DNA from: Mytilus trossulus
Taxonomy: Eukaryota
DNA: 64,000 bases
NCBI RefSeq assembly: GCF_036588685.1
Contig: NC_086378.1
Coordinates: forward strand, 38,750,001-38,814,000
Direction of reading: 5' to 3'
This document shows, piece by piece, positions 39,171 through 50,956 of the stretch. Position 1 is the stretch's first letter; each line of letters begins with the position of its first letter. The notes below the pieces were generated by a model. It saw only the letters and a program-made list of their open reading frames with translations. It made no database searches and had not been told where the DNA came from. The translations under genes were made by a program, and so were the position numbers.

Positions 39171-42100
39171 CTATGAATCATCTTCAGCCTCTAAATTAAT
39201 CTCATTTCCAAATTTAGCATAAAGCTCAACTTTTAGATCTTGGAGTATCTTTTTGTGAAATTCAGCCTGGTTTTCTATGGTTTTGATCTCCTCTTCTAAA
39301 GTAGCTTTGGCTTTTTCTAACATTTCTCCTACTCCATCTGTTGTAAAACTTACAAATACTTCACCAATCTGATATGTAAGATATGTTAAGGATAAATGCA
39401 TTATTATCTTGATGATAGACAGGTAATTTATGATCTCTTGTGTTACAGGTTTACCTTGGTATTTAAACATTTTACCAGATTATGCTTGATGTTGCTTAGG
39501 TTTCAGTGGCAAATGTCTCCTGCATATTCAGGACAAGAACTAATTAATAATAAATGCAATACTGAATAGGCCCCCTTAAACTGACCTAACCACAAACTAA
39601 CACAATGCTCAAGCCAAAGCAAACAAAGCAAAATATTTCAGCCTAGTTGAGACAAAATCTTTGAGCTATTTTTTTTTTAGAGATCTACATCTGTATACCA
39701 TCTAATATCTAACTGTAGGAATAGATTAAGTTATTACAACCTCATGAAAAACAAAACTTGTTACAACAAGCTTTTAAACTTCAATGTTGCTTTCTATAAA
39801 ATTTGTAATGTTTTACTACTGTTTAATAAGAGGGTGAAGTTTGCACCTGTCCTAAATTAGAAACCTGTTGATCAGTGATTGTCTTATGTTAATGTGTTTC
39901 TCGTTTTTCGTTTTTGTATATACAGATTAAACCACAAACCAATTCAAGTGCTATTTTATAGTGTGTCTTTCTATGTTGTGATTATACACTATTGTTTTTG
40001 GCAAGGTTGGTACCTATTAAAACGTTTAAATCTGCTGCATTTGTTTACACCTGTCCTAAGTCAGATGTCTGATGTTAATAGTTGTTGTTTGTTGATGTTG
40101 TTCATAAGTGTTTCTCGTTTATCAATTAGATTAGACCTTTGGTTTTCCCCTTTGAACTAGTCATTTTTTGGGGCCTTTATGGCTTGCTGTTTGGTGTGAG
40201 CTAAGGCTCCCTGTTGAAGACCATACTTTGAATTATAATGGTTTTTCTTTTACAAATTGTGAATTGTCTTATTGGCATTCATATCACAACTTCTTATATC
40301 TACATGTATAAACCTTGGTTTTTCTGTTTGAATCATTTCACATTTATAGTAATTTTTATGGTCCTTTATATCTAGCTGTTCAGTGTGAGCCAATACAAGG
40401 CTCTTTGTCGTCAAAGGCTGTACTATGACCTTTAATGGTTTACTTTTTAGAAACTGTGACTTTGATGGAGAGTCTCATTGGCACTCATACCAAATCTTCT
40501 TTTAATATTTAATTAGCAGTTATCTCTCCTGAACTATAGACTCCTGTTAACAATTTTAAAATGTAAATTGTATATGTAAAGGATATGGAACAGGTTCTGT
40601 ATCATCTTCTCTCATCAAAAGGTCATTTTCTGCATCCTCTACATTTTGGAGCTCTTTCTACAAAAACATGTCGAATATTATACTTTTTTCATTAACATTA
40701 ATATAACTACATGTAACTAAATTAAACACAAAAATTTCAATATAGGGTTTATGGAATCACACTCTTTTTCCACTCTAGATAAATAAAGTTTGAAACTTTA
40801 AAATATGAGGTTTACCATTAAACTATCCAGAGAAGATAAATAATATAATAAACAGTATAACGTGGTAGAATCTGTTTCTCAAATGATTTACTACATTGAT
40901 TCATTATTCCTGGTATACCTGTTTTTGTGCAATTTGTGGGTACAGGTTAACAACAAATCTAATTGTTCAATGAAGTACAAATTTTCTAAAGACTTGTTTA
41001 AGAATTCATTCTTTCATGCAATGCTTTATCTTTATACTGAGCATAGGCAAGGTGTTAAATGTTGAAAAATAAAATGCCTACCCTGGCATGTTTAAATTCA
41101 CATAGAGCATGTGATTGGTAGAATTCTTTTTATTCTTACAGGAAATATTTAGAATTTTGTACTTCGCAGCAGACTACATTGTATATAATATGCATTCAAA
41201 AGGAAATTATTCTGATTTGATGATGCCAAAACATTTTAGGAAATCAACTTTTCATGAAAAAAATTAACTTACTTTTAAAATAATTTAAAATTATAATAGC
41301 GGAAAACAAATCTCCATTTTGATTTCAGGCATTGTTCAAAACAGAGTTGACATCAAGTTTGCAAGTTTAGTTTTAAAAACATGCATGACATGTACATTAA
41401 TTAAAAAAAAACTCAATTACATATTACGAAATATTACATGCAAAATTGTAATTAAATAATTGAAAATTTTCAAGTCAACATTAATAACTTTTGGTTGTTG
41501 TAATCATTGAGTCAATACAATATTGACATATAATACTATCATAACTGTGCTTTTACCTTTTTATTTTTCACCTCTTCTTTGTAATCTTGAAGTCTTGCAT
41601 TATTTCTGGCAAATTTATTGATCTTTTGTTGGTCTTCAAAAGTTACTTTGATGTCTTTATCCTTCAAAAAATAGAAGAATCTCAATCATGCTACATTGTA
41701 TATTTAGAAATACTAAACAAGACATCAATTTGTCATTTTGTCTCTTTAATTCACAGGATGATGTGCCTGATGTGGGCTACATTATATATATGAATTTGTA
41801 AATTAGGTGCATAATCCAAAAACACACAAAACCCTACTACAAGTATAACATCAGGGCTAAACCTTGGATTTTGGAAAGGGGCAGTGATTTCATGAGAGCA
41901 AGGAAGTGTAAAATTCCATTACCATTTCAATCATGTTGAACCATAATCCTTGTCCAACCATCCTAGGTTTAATTACTTGTGGAATCATGTGTCTAGTTAA
42001 GTGACATAGGTTTAAAGATTATCCTATCTCCAATTCAAATTTACACATTCATTATATTACTGTGATTTAATTTGTACACGGTATGCAGTTTTTCAGTAAG

Positions 42101-42970
42101 AGTAAAGGCTGGTTTGCTTTGGTTCAGAATATATAGTGTACATGTACATGTATCTGGTTAGGGTGACCTGTCATACTCTGTGTTATCTTAGTCTGCACCA
42201 AAATATTTTCAGACTACTAGTCTGAAGACCAACAATTCATCATTTTTCTTCCTGTCTAACCCAAAGTTTTTTAAATACAAACTAGTCAGAATAAAATTTT
42301 CCACTGGCTACAATTACGTTGAAATGGAACATTAATATAAAAGTTATTGTTACGTTGGACACAAATTGCCTGAATAATTTGGTGGGTTAGAAACCAATTA
42401 ATTACATGAATTATGAATGTAACGATAACATTTGTGTCTATGGTTACGTTGTGTTTAAATATGATTTGTACAATGTACATAGTTTGTTCATGTTGTTCGT
42501 TATATTTATTAAACTCTTCACCTACTATCATGACTATATAATAGTTTAACATTATATTTAAGACAAGTTAAAACTACTCGCATGTTTCCCCCAAAAAAAT
42601 TGGGATAACAAATATTTATTTCAAGAATAAATTTCACCAGAAGCATGAGGGGCAGACACAATTTAAAAGTTGCTATAAAACTACAAAAGGGATATTTTAT
42701 TTTGCAGAAAGGAACTGTTTAGTCTACAAAACTGACGTGCAAATTGCAGCATCGTTCGTTTTTAAATTGGAATTAATGCAAATGAACTTATTCACTTATA
42801 TTTTATTTGTACAAAATCATTTGAAGCGACATATACCTGGATGCTGAAAACAAACAAATCAGACAGGACAATGCATCAATTTAAACTACCATTGTGACCA
42901 CAGACAGAAAAAATAGTTTGTATATATGTCCTTATTGATAAAATACCTTGGGTTTGTTTGGGCTTGCCAT
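39171..42970 (-). CDS. PFDN4: Prefoldin subunit 4, complete, 134 aa. Exons 42970-42947, 41661-41557, 40657-40587, 39375-39171
   Basis: Spliced protein MASPNKPK-DKDIKVTFEDQQKINKFARNNARLQDYKEEVKNKK-KELQNVEDAENDLLMREDDTEPVP-YQIGEVFVSF...LKVELYAKFGNEINLEAEDDS; 405 nt in frame with PFDN4 signature motifs. Confidence 0.95.
39376..40586 (-). other. U12-type (minor spliceosome) AT-AC intron, PFDN4 intron 3
   Basis: 5'ss ATATCCTTT (40586-40578), branch point TCCTTAAC (39392-39385), 3' end AC (39377-39376); removal restores P-YQIG in frame. Confidence 0.93.
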
Positions 42971-43249
42971 GACGAGTTTAGAATGTGGAGTAAAAAGGGT
43001 ATGGGGAGGAAAACGTGTTAAACTATAGGTGTGTATACAATGACAACTCGGACCCCAAATAGATCGGACCGTCTATAAAGTCATCTCGGAATGTCTATAA
43101 TGGCAACTCAGACAACGTTTTAAAAGAGAGTTTTTACTATTGAAATGATTTAAGCATATATGTCTTTGAACATGTGAAAACAAGACAAAAATAAAACTAA
43201 CGGCCGGACTGGTTATGCAAAAAATATAAATGGAAAATAGATATTATAA

Positions 43250-43592
43250 GTTATATGGTTCGCTACTGACCCCATACGGATCCATAGAGGGTTAGTAAAA
43301 TCCATAGGGGGTGAGGCCGGAGGCCGAGTCCCCTATGAATTTTATTCACCCTCTATGGATCCGTAGGGGGTCAGTAGTTAACCGTATAACGAATTTATCG
43401 GACGCTGGACTTTTTCTGCGGCGTTTTGTTGAAAAATAAACAATGAAACACAACAACATTAATAGATGACGTCGCCATTAACGCGTCACGAACCCCATAT
43501 GAAACTTACTAACCCCATACGGTCTCATAGGGGGTCACCACGTGACGGCGTTAAACCAATCACAACGTGATAATTCATCTGTGTTCCGATAA
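43250..43592. mobile_element. Hairpin-headed non-autonomous element (family B), about 280 bp upstream of the PFDN4 ATG
   Basis: About 140-bp palindrome at 43250-43390 with a GGCCGGAGGCC tip, then inverted repeats TTATCGGA...TCCGATAA enclosing CCAATCA; second copy at 60543-60830. Confidence 0.7.
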
Positions 43593-43593
43593 A

Positions 43594-45155
43594 AGATAAG
43601 ATAAGATAAGATAAATTTTATTTTCCAAATTAGGTCCCCAGGGGGGCATATACACATAACATATATGATTGATACAACATACAGTATTTTACATAACATT
43701 GTAAAATAAACTATTGAAATAGTCATACAGGTATTATTTGTTAAATAAAAAAGTATTTGAGAGTTGCTACTCCAGAGATGTGGCAAACCCCATTTTTTTT
43801 TTTTTTTCTCACTTGATTTTATAATATTTTGCTGAAAATGTATAAATATAAAATATAAAATAAATGATTGTTTAGCTGCAACAGACACCAAGGGACGATG
43901 CTCTAGGATTGTGATCTTAAAAGCTCTAACAATCCTCCTCGTATCTGATGCAGAAAAACAAACACAAATGAAAAAAGTTTATGTATATTCACAGCAAATA
44001 ACATATACTGCAGTAAACAGGTATTGAGAATAGTGTAGGTTTCCCTACTGCAACAGACACCAAGGGGCGGTACTCAAGGAGCTGTGGTATTTACACAGTC
44101 CTCCTCGTGTCTGAAGCAGACAAGAAGGCCACATAATTAACAATTTTTCGAAATAAATTTACATGCAGCAGTGAGAATAGACTTATCTTCTGTGTTCATA
44201 AGCCATATCAGTTTATCTCTTGCGTTAAGAGTTAAAAAGTTGGGGCAACTTTTAGTTATCTCTTGAAATAGATGATTGCGGTCATCATTAAATTTAACAC
44301 ATTGGAATAAAAAATGATATTCATCCTCCACATCTCCGGAGTTACAACGAGTACAAGTTCTGTCATTTAGGAGAGTACCCTGATACCTTCCAGACTCAAT
44401 TCTTAAGTGGTGTGATGAAATTCTGAGCTTTGTTAAGCTTCGTCTCTGTTCAAAATTCCCAATAATGGAAAGATATTTTTCTCTTCCAAAAACTGATTTA
44501 AATGTAACATAAGTTCTAAGTTTACCATCTGAATGCTTTACCAATTCAGTGTTCCACAAGTCTATAAAATATGATTTTAATATTTTTTTCATATTAGCTT
44601 TGAAGCTATTAATTTTTGGTAATGGTGAAGATAGATGATTGATGTCTGGGATCATTTCAAGAATTGACTTCATAGAGCCATACCAAGATGGTTTTTTTGA
44701 GTGAGAAAGATTCTGTGATGTTACATAAGCATCTTTAAGAAGAGAAAATAGGGAATCAAGATTTTCCAAGCGATACCAGTAATTTAACATGGATTTAATC
44801 ACATCATAATATAGTGGGAATCGTCCTAGCTCGGATAAAATTCCAAAATTCATGGATTTTTTATGAACACCTAAAACCAGTTTACAAAATTTTATATGTA
44901 GTCGCTCACATTTTAAACTGGAATAGATTTTTTCAAATGGTAAAGTTCCATTTCTGAATCTTGCTGAGAATGGATTAAAAGTTCCCCATATTTCAGACCC
45001 ATATAGGAGTATTGGTTTTATGGTATGATCAAATACATGTAAGCTGGTACTTATGCTTGGATTAAGTGATAATAAATTCTTGTACAATTTATAATAAGCC
45101 TTCAAGGACTTTTTATACAGTTCATTTTGAGCATATGAAAATGACCCTGATGCAC
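43594..45155 (-). mobile_element. 5'-truncated non-LTR retrotransposon (CR1/L2 group) with an uninterrupted ORF2 C-terminus (ORF 44137-45246) and a (TATCT)n tail
   Basis: FDHTIKPILLYGSEIWG, ELGRFPL, KLRTY..FK, LTKLRISSHHLRIESGRY and a C-terminal CxxC...EDEYHFLFQC motif; tail AATAAAATTTATCTTATCTTATCT at about 43594-43622. Confidence 0.9.
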
Positions 45156-45559
45156 TAATATATATATATGACAGACACCAACCAATGGCAATCAATGAAT
45201 TTCTTGTTGGGGGAAATGAACATACTGAATGTGGTGGGTTGAGCAAGTGTGAGAGACCTCATCCCTTTTTTAACGGCTTGCTCAACCCACCATATCCAGC
45301 ATTAGAATTGGAGACTTACCGAGTATATACAATTTAGGAGATTGTGATTAAAAAATGACAGAAAACTCTTATTTTAAAGTTTTCATTAAACATGTTAAAA
45401 ACATTTTAAAAATTGCACTAAATAATTCAGCTCGACATGAAAGTAAACGATCTCTCCCTTTTTGGAGAATAACACAGTAAAAATTGAGTAGAGACGAAAC
45501 AGAGTATTCAGTCGAATATTTTCGATGACACACATATTAAATGAAGATTGGTTGCTTAA

Positions 45560-46149
45560 GGTCGTATGGGAGTCAAAATTAAAAATGATAAAATTAATCA
45601 TACTTTGCCAAAACGTAGAAGGTCTATATATATATATATTGATAAATGTCAAAAATATAATCAAAATGATAGTCCACCGCGCCGCGATTTTCTCAAGCTA
45701 CAGGTTGTATAAACAAAATGACACATTTTGTATGGATTATGTGATTTAAACTATAGTATGATAGAATTTTAAATAAAATACGAGAAGATAGCATTTAGAA
45801 AATGCTTTGAGAATATCAACAGAAAAGATATGCTCACCGTACGTTTTTTTCCTGCTAAAATAAAAATTAGCCGAATTCCATGTAGATTCCTTCAGAATAT
45901 GCACTATTTCAGAGTTACCTCCCCTTAAAATGCCAATTTCAAAAATATTAAAAATCAAGCAGAAATAATCAACACTTGTAAAAGTGTTAATATTCATAAA
46001 TTATAATCTTATAGATTTGTTCTTTTAAATGTAAATGCACATTAGTTATTTGCATTCCTGCATCAAATTTTGCCATAATGAATGAAAATCTGGATCTTAG
46101 ATTCTCTGTTTTTTTACAATCAAAGATGGCGAAAGACACCCATTCCACC
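45560..46149. mobile_element. MITE with TTAA TSD (Kolobok- or piggyBac-type target)
   Basis: ttaa|GGTCGTATGGGAGTC ... GACACCCATTCCACC|ttaa; TIRs match 12/15. Confidence 0.6.
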
Positions 46150-46941
46150 TTAAAGTCGATCAAGTAAAGAAACATTCCATTCATACCCAAGACGAGAACA
46201 AGGCACCAAAAAAAATCCAATAGACGAGTTAAGCAAAGTGGGATCTACAGATAGGAATGGCGACAATTCACCTATAGACCCATCGAAGAGTTTTTACATG
46301 AACGGGCGTTTTTATAAAGAAAAAATCAGAAAATTCCTCGGACGCACGAAATTATAGAACTTTATTAACTAATCATGAACTTACTTCTAAATGAGAATAA
46401 AACAGGTAACCAAATATGTTTTTACTGCAGCCAACATCATTGTGGTCTTACAAAGACAACTCTTTACAATTTAAGTTACGCTTATTTTGTCTTTTATGCG
46501 ACTTTTTTGCGCTCTACATTAATATTGAGATTACCTAATGCATACAGTAGAAAAAAATAATACGACGAACACATTAGATTGTTAACGGATAATAAATGTA
46601 CATAAGCATCAACTAATTATATTTTTTTTTATCACGAAGCACAACATGTCTTTTTTTAACTAATAATTGTTTATTTGATGGCAAATACTCTCAGTCAAAA
46701 TCTTTATTAGTATAACTTTATTGCGTTCACCGTTGTCACTCTATCTATTCTTTCCCTTTTTAAAGTTCCATATCAAAATACTTATTTCTGTGACCATAAC
46801 TACGATCCTTTAAGATATAGTTTTTAGATAATGTGCAACAAATTCATCTCAATGCATAACATAGCATGTACTGTGTTACAACTGTAGATTATAATGAAAT
46901 GGATAGGTAACACTAGGCCACTGAAAGCTATTTTTCTAATT

Positions 46942-47110
46942 CCGTCTAGGTGGCCGAGTAGTCTAGAGTGCTAGTCACAATGCAGACGGTGTTGTCACAA
47001 TATCACAGTAGCATGCGTTAAAATCCAGACGAGGATAGATCAGGATAGAACAAACATTTGCTTAAGTAAATTTGCAGAATTAATAGTGTTGTGCTGATAT
47101 TTAGATTAGG
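46942..47110 (+). mobile_element. Degenerate tRNA-headed SINE-like sequence
   Basis: A-box-like TGGCCGAGTAGT and B-box-like GTTAAAATCC; no cloverleaf. Confidence 0.35.
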
Positions 47111-48409
47111 ACACATTTACAACATAAAACAAGTAGGTTCATTGGGTTAACTTATGTCACAAGTTGGTTTCCCCCCCCCCCCCCCCCCCCCCCCCCAGAA
47201 TTGATGTATTCGCTACAATTAGCGAAACCCTTGAGGTTAACTTTAATTCGGAAACTGTAGATTTTCCCGGACAACACATGCACAGCATCATGAAGAAACT
47301 GATGTCATACAGACAAAATATGGGTAAGATTATAAGAAAATAGGCGAATAATATATATTTCGACATAAATAGCATACATGTATTACAAAACTTGCAGAGT
47401 CTTTCTTAGACATGTACTTCAACGCCTGTGAATAAAATAGAGTACATACCACCGTTCTGCAGTGTTCGACCCCTTGTTTCTTTATTGTCAGTCTACGATC
47501 TTAAGATAAGTGATTGTTATGATTTGATGGAAAAAAATCCGGGGGACACAAGGAACGGTAAAACATAACTTGCAATTATATTTCAGATATTAAATTTGCT
47601 AGCACATTCACTTGAGAGTGACGTAGATTATTTTCTTTTTCCACCAGAATTTCCTGAAATAAACAAGTTGTTTAATCTACTGACTGGAATGATGTTGGGT
47701 TTGGTTGAAGCACATGAGACAGCTAGCGAGAGTTATAAGAAGTCATTTACTGAAAGAATCCAGAAAAAAAAACGTCAAACTGGTTTCATCATCTGACAGC
47801 ATTCTTCCAATTCCAACGTAAATTGTTTGATTTTAAAACAGTGTGTACATATTTTTTTGCTGTATTTTTAATGCCAACAAGCGATTTCTTAACACGAATA
47901 GCATCGATTTGTAAAATGCTCTTTCCTTGAAGCCAAAACAAACTCGATAACTTTTTATCAACGATCGGCCTGCTGGTAAAAGACTAGCGTATATTCAAAC
48001 TATACAGTGACATAATATTGGTAGCTTTTATGTATTCAAAACATAAAGTGACGAAGGCTTGCGTGTCTCCGAAATATAAAGTAATGGTGTCAATTTACTT
48101 ATGTTGTGAATACACAAAAAGCGGACCTACAGATCTTTACGCCGGTTTATAGTGGAATTTTATACATTTTTCAGATTTTATCAAATTACAACCAGTGAAT
48201 ACTATGCCAAGGTCGATGAAATGTACAAACTTCTGAGAACACATAAATATATTCACAAAGAACTTCAGCGACAACAAGAGGTAATATTTTACAGCAAAAG
48301 ACACGCGTGTGATAACATTTTTCTCAAATGGTTCAATTTTATTATTTGTTCAAGATGTAAATTTCGATATTTTTAGTTTCTAGATAAAATTTTACACCGG
48401 TGACATACC

Positions 48410-49215
48410 TACTGGGCGCCGAATGGGACTCTAGTGGTTTTGTACAAAATTCAATTCTGTCATAACAAAATCATTTTTGTCTTACAAAACTATGTGATAC
48501 AGACTTGTTTTATGACAACTTCAATTTTGTGATGACAAAATTCATTTTTGTGCGACAAAATTTCTTTTTGTGACAACAAAATTGACTTTTGTTAGACAAA
48601 ATTATCAAAATTCAATTTTGTCTCAATTTTGTGAGACAAAATTCATTTTTGTGACGACAAAATTCATTTTTGTGACGACAAAATTCATTTTTGTGAGGAC
48701 AAAATTGACTTTTGAAAAACAAAATTGACTTTTGTTAGACAAAATTGACTTTTGTGAGACAAATTTCAATTTTGTTACTTTTGTTAGACAAACAATTTTG
48801 TCTCAATTTTGTGAGACAGACTTGAATTTTGTCAATTTTGTCTCACAAAAGTCAATTTTGTCTCACAAAAGTCAATTTTGTCTCACAAAAGTCAATTTTG
48901 TCTCACAAAAGTCAATTTTGTATGCAAATTAGTTCACAGTATCCCAACAACTAATTTGCATACAAAATCGACTTTTGTCGCCCAATTTTCAAATTAGGTA
49001 ACAAAAGTCAAGTCTTTGTAACAAAAATGAATTTTGTCATGACGAAAGTGACTTTTGTCCACCGAAAGATAATTTTGTATGACAAAATTTTAAATTTGTA
49101 GTATGTTACAAATTTTGTTAAACTGAACTCATTTTTGTTGAACAAAAGTCACTTTTGTCCGTACAAAATTGAATTTCGAGTACAAAACCACAAGAGTCCC
49201 ATTCGGCACCCCGTA
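48410..49215. mobile_element. MITE copy 1 (TAC...GTA termini, 5-bp TSD ATACC) with an internal ~20-bp minisatellite
   Basis: TIR TACTGGGCGCCGAATGGGACTCTAGTGGTTTTGTAC; ATACC at 48405-48409 and 49216-49220. Confidence 0.9.
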
Positions 49216-49942
49216 ATACCGCATTGGTTTTTAAAGGTCAAAACGAAGATAATATTATTCTCCAAACAGTTCAACTCCAATACTATCAAAAACAAGAAAC
49301 AAAGTACCGTAGCTAGTTCACAGCCAATAGTCTCACAGACTAAATTTTCATTCAGCCTTAAACGAAAAGACGCCATGCATTAACAGTCAAAGAACACCAT
49401 GACACCATTGGGAAAGCTATAATTATAATGATATTCTGAGTTCAAACTAAACAGTAATGTCTTGTCTTTTGTTCAAAATGTACATACATACATATGGAAC
49501 TATCACTTTTAAAGCGCTCGGACTTTTCCACACATTTTTTGTAAGTCTTGGTAACAATTTGATAATAACACGGATTTTCATGTAGGAATTTCATACTGTA
49601 AATGGATTTAAAGCCAAGCTGCCAGATATACAGTTTGTTAGTTACAAATTAGCTATGCAGATGATGAAGGAACAACCATCTGAAGCGTCAAACGAACAAC
49701 GCAATAACAATAGTAAGTCAGTTTTTTACGTTTGTTTTGATAGGATAACGCCGAAAATTTCAATGCATCAGTTTTATGAAAGTGTATAGGCAAACGCAGA
49801 GACTTTTTGAATGTTTTAGCGATTTATTGTAGATGCAATACAATTGTTATTTATGTGTATTTTAGTAAACGGAACTGTTATTTTAGTGATTGATTTTTTT
49901 TAATTTTCTTATAAACATAATGATTCTTGAATTAGCCGTTAG

Positions 49943-50956
49943 TACGGGGCGCCGAATGGGACTCTTGTGGTTTTGTACAAAATTCAATTCTGTCATAACA
50001 AAATCATTTTTGTCTTACAAAACTATGTGATACAGATTTGTTTTATGAGAACTTCAATTTTGTGATGACAAAATTCATTTTTGTAGACAAATTTCGATTT
50101 TGTGATGACAAAATTAATTTTTGTAGACAAAAATCATTATTGTCATGACAAAGTCAAGAAGGTATGCAAATATAAACTTATTTGCATACAAAATTGACTT
50201 TTGTTACCTGACATGGAAATTAAAACACAAAAGTCAATTGTGTGAGACAAATTGAGTTTTGTGAGACAAAATTGACTTTTGTGAGACAAAATTGACTTTT
50301 GTGAGACAAAATTGACTTTTGTGATCAATTTTGTAACACAAAATTCAATTTTGTCTCACAAAAGTCAATGTTGTTACTTTTGTCAGACAAAATTGACAAA
50401 ATTGATTTTTGTCTCAATTTTGTAACACAAAATTCAATTTTGTCTCACAAAAGTCAATTTTGTTACTTTTGTCAGACAAAATTGACAAAATTGATTTTTG
50501 TCTCAATTTTGTGAGACAAAATTCAATTTTGTCAATTTTGTCTCACACATGTCAATTTTGTCTTACAAAAGTCAATTTTGTCTTACAAAAGTCAATTTCG
50601 TCTCACAAAAGTCAATTTTGTCTCACAATAGCCAATTTTGTGTAACAAAAGTCGATTTTGTATGCAAATTAGTTCACAGAATCCAAACTTAAGTAATTTG
50701 CATACAAAATTGACTTTTGTCGCCCAAATTTCAAATTAGGTAACAAAAGTCAAGTCTGTGTAACAAAAATTAATTTTGTCATGACAAAAGTGACTTTTGT
50801 CCACTGAAGATAATTTTGTATGACAAAATTTTAAATTTGTAGTATGTTACAAATTTTGTTAAACTGAACTCATTTTTGTTGAACAAAAGTCACTTTTGTC
50901 CGTACAAAATTGAATTTCGAGTACAAAACCACAAGAGTCCCATTCGGAGCCCCGTA
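49943..50956. mobile_element. MITE copy 2 (same family, 5-bp TSD GTTAG)
   Basis: TIR TACGGGGCGCCGAATGGGACTCTTGTGGTTTTGTAC; GTTAG at 49938-49942 and 50957-50961. Confidence 0.9.

Noticed and set aside
39376-39470. N-terminal part of the 99-aa ORF 39171-39470 as the PFDN4 start
   Set aside because: It is U12 intron sequence and contains the branch point; the true upstream exons were found.
46942-47035. tRNA gene
   Set aside because: Only degenerate A/B boxes and no cloverleaf; better explained as a SINE head.
47171-47196. C26 run as a functional G-quadruplex
   Set aside because: It is a simple homopolymer sitting as the polypyrimidine tract of an acceptor, and its length is unreliable in assemblies.
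48732-50692. Repetitive ORFs (FVSQKSILSHKSQFC...)
   Set aside because: They are translations of the MITE internal minisatellite.
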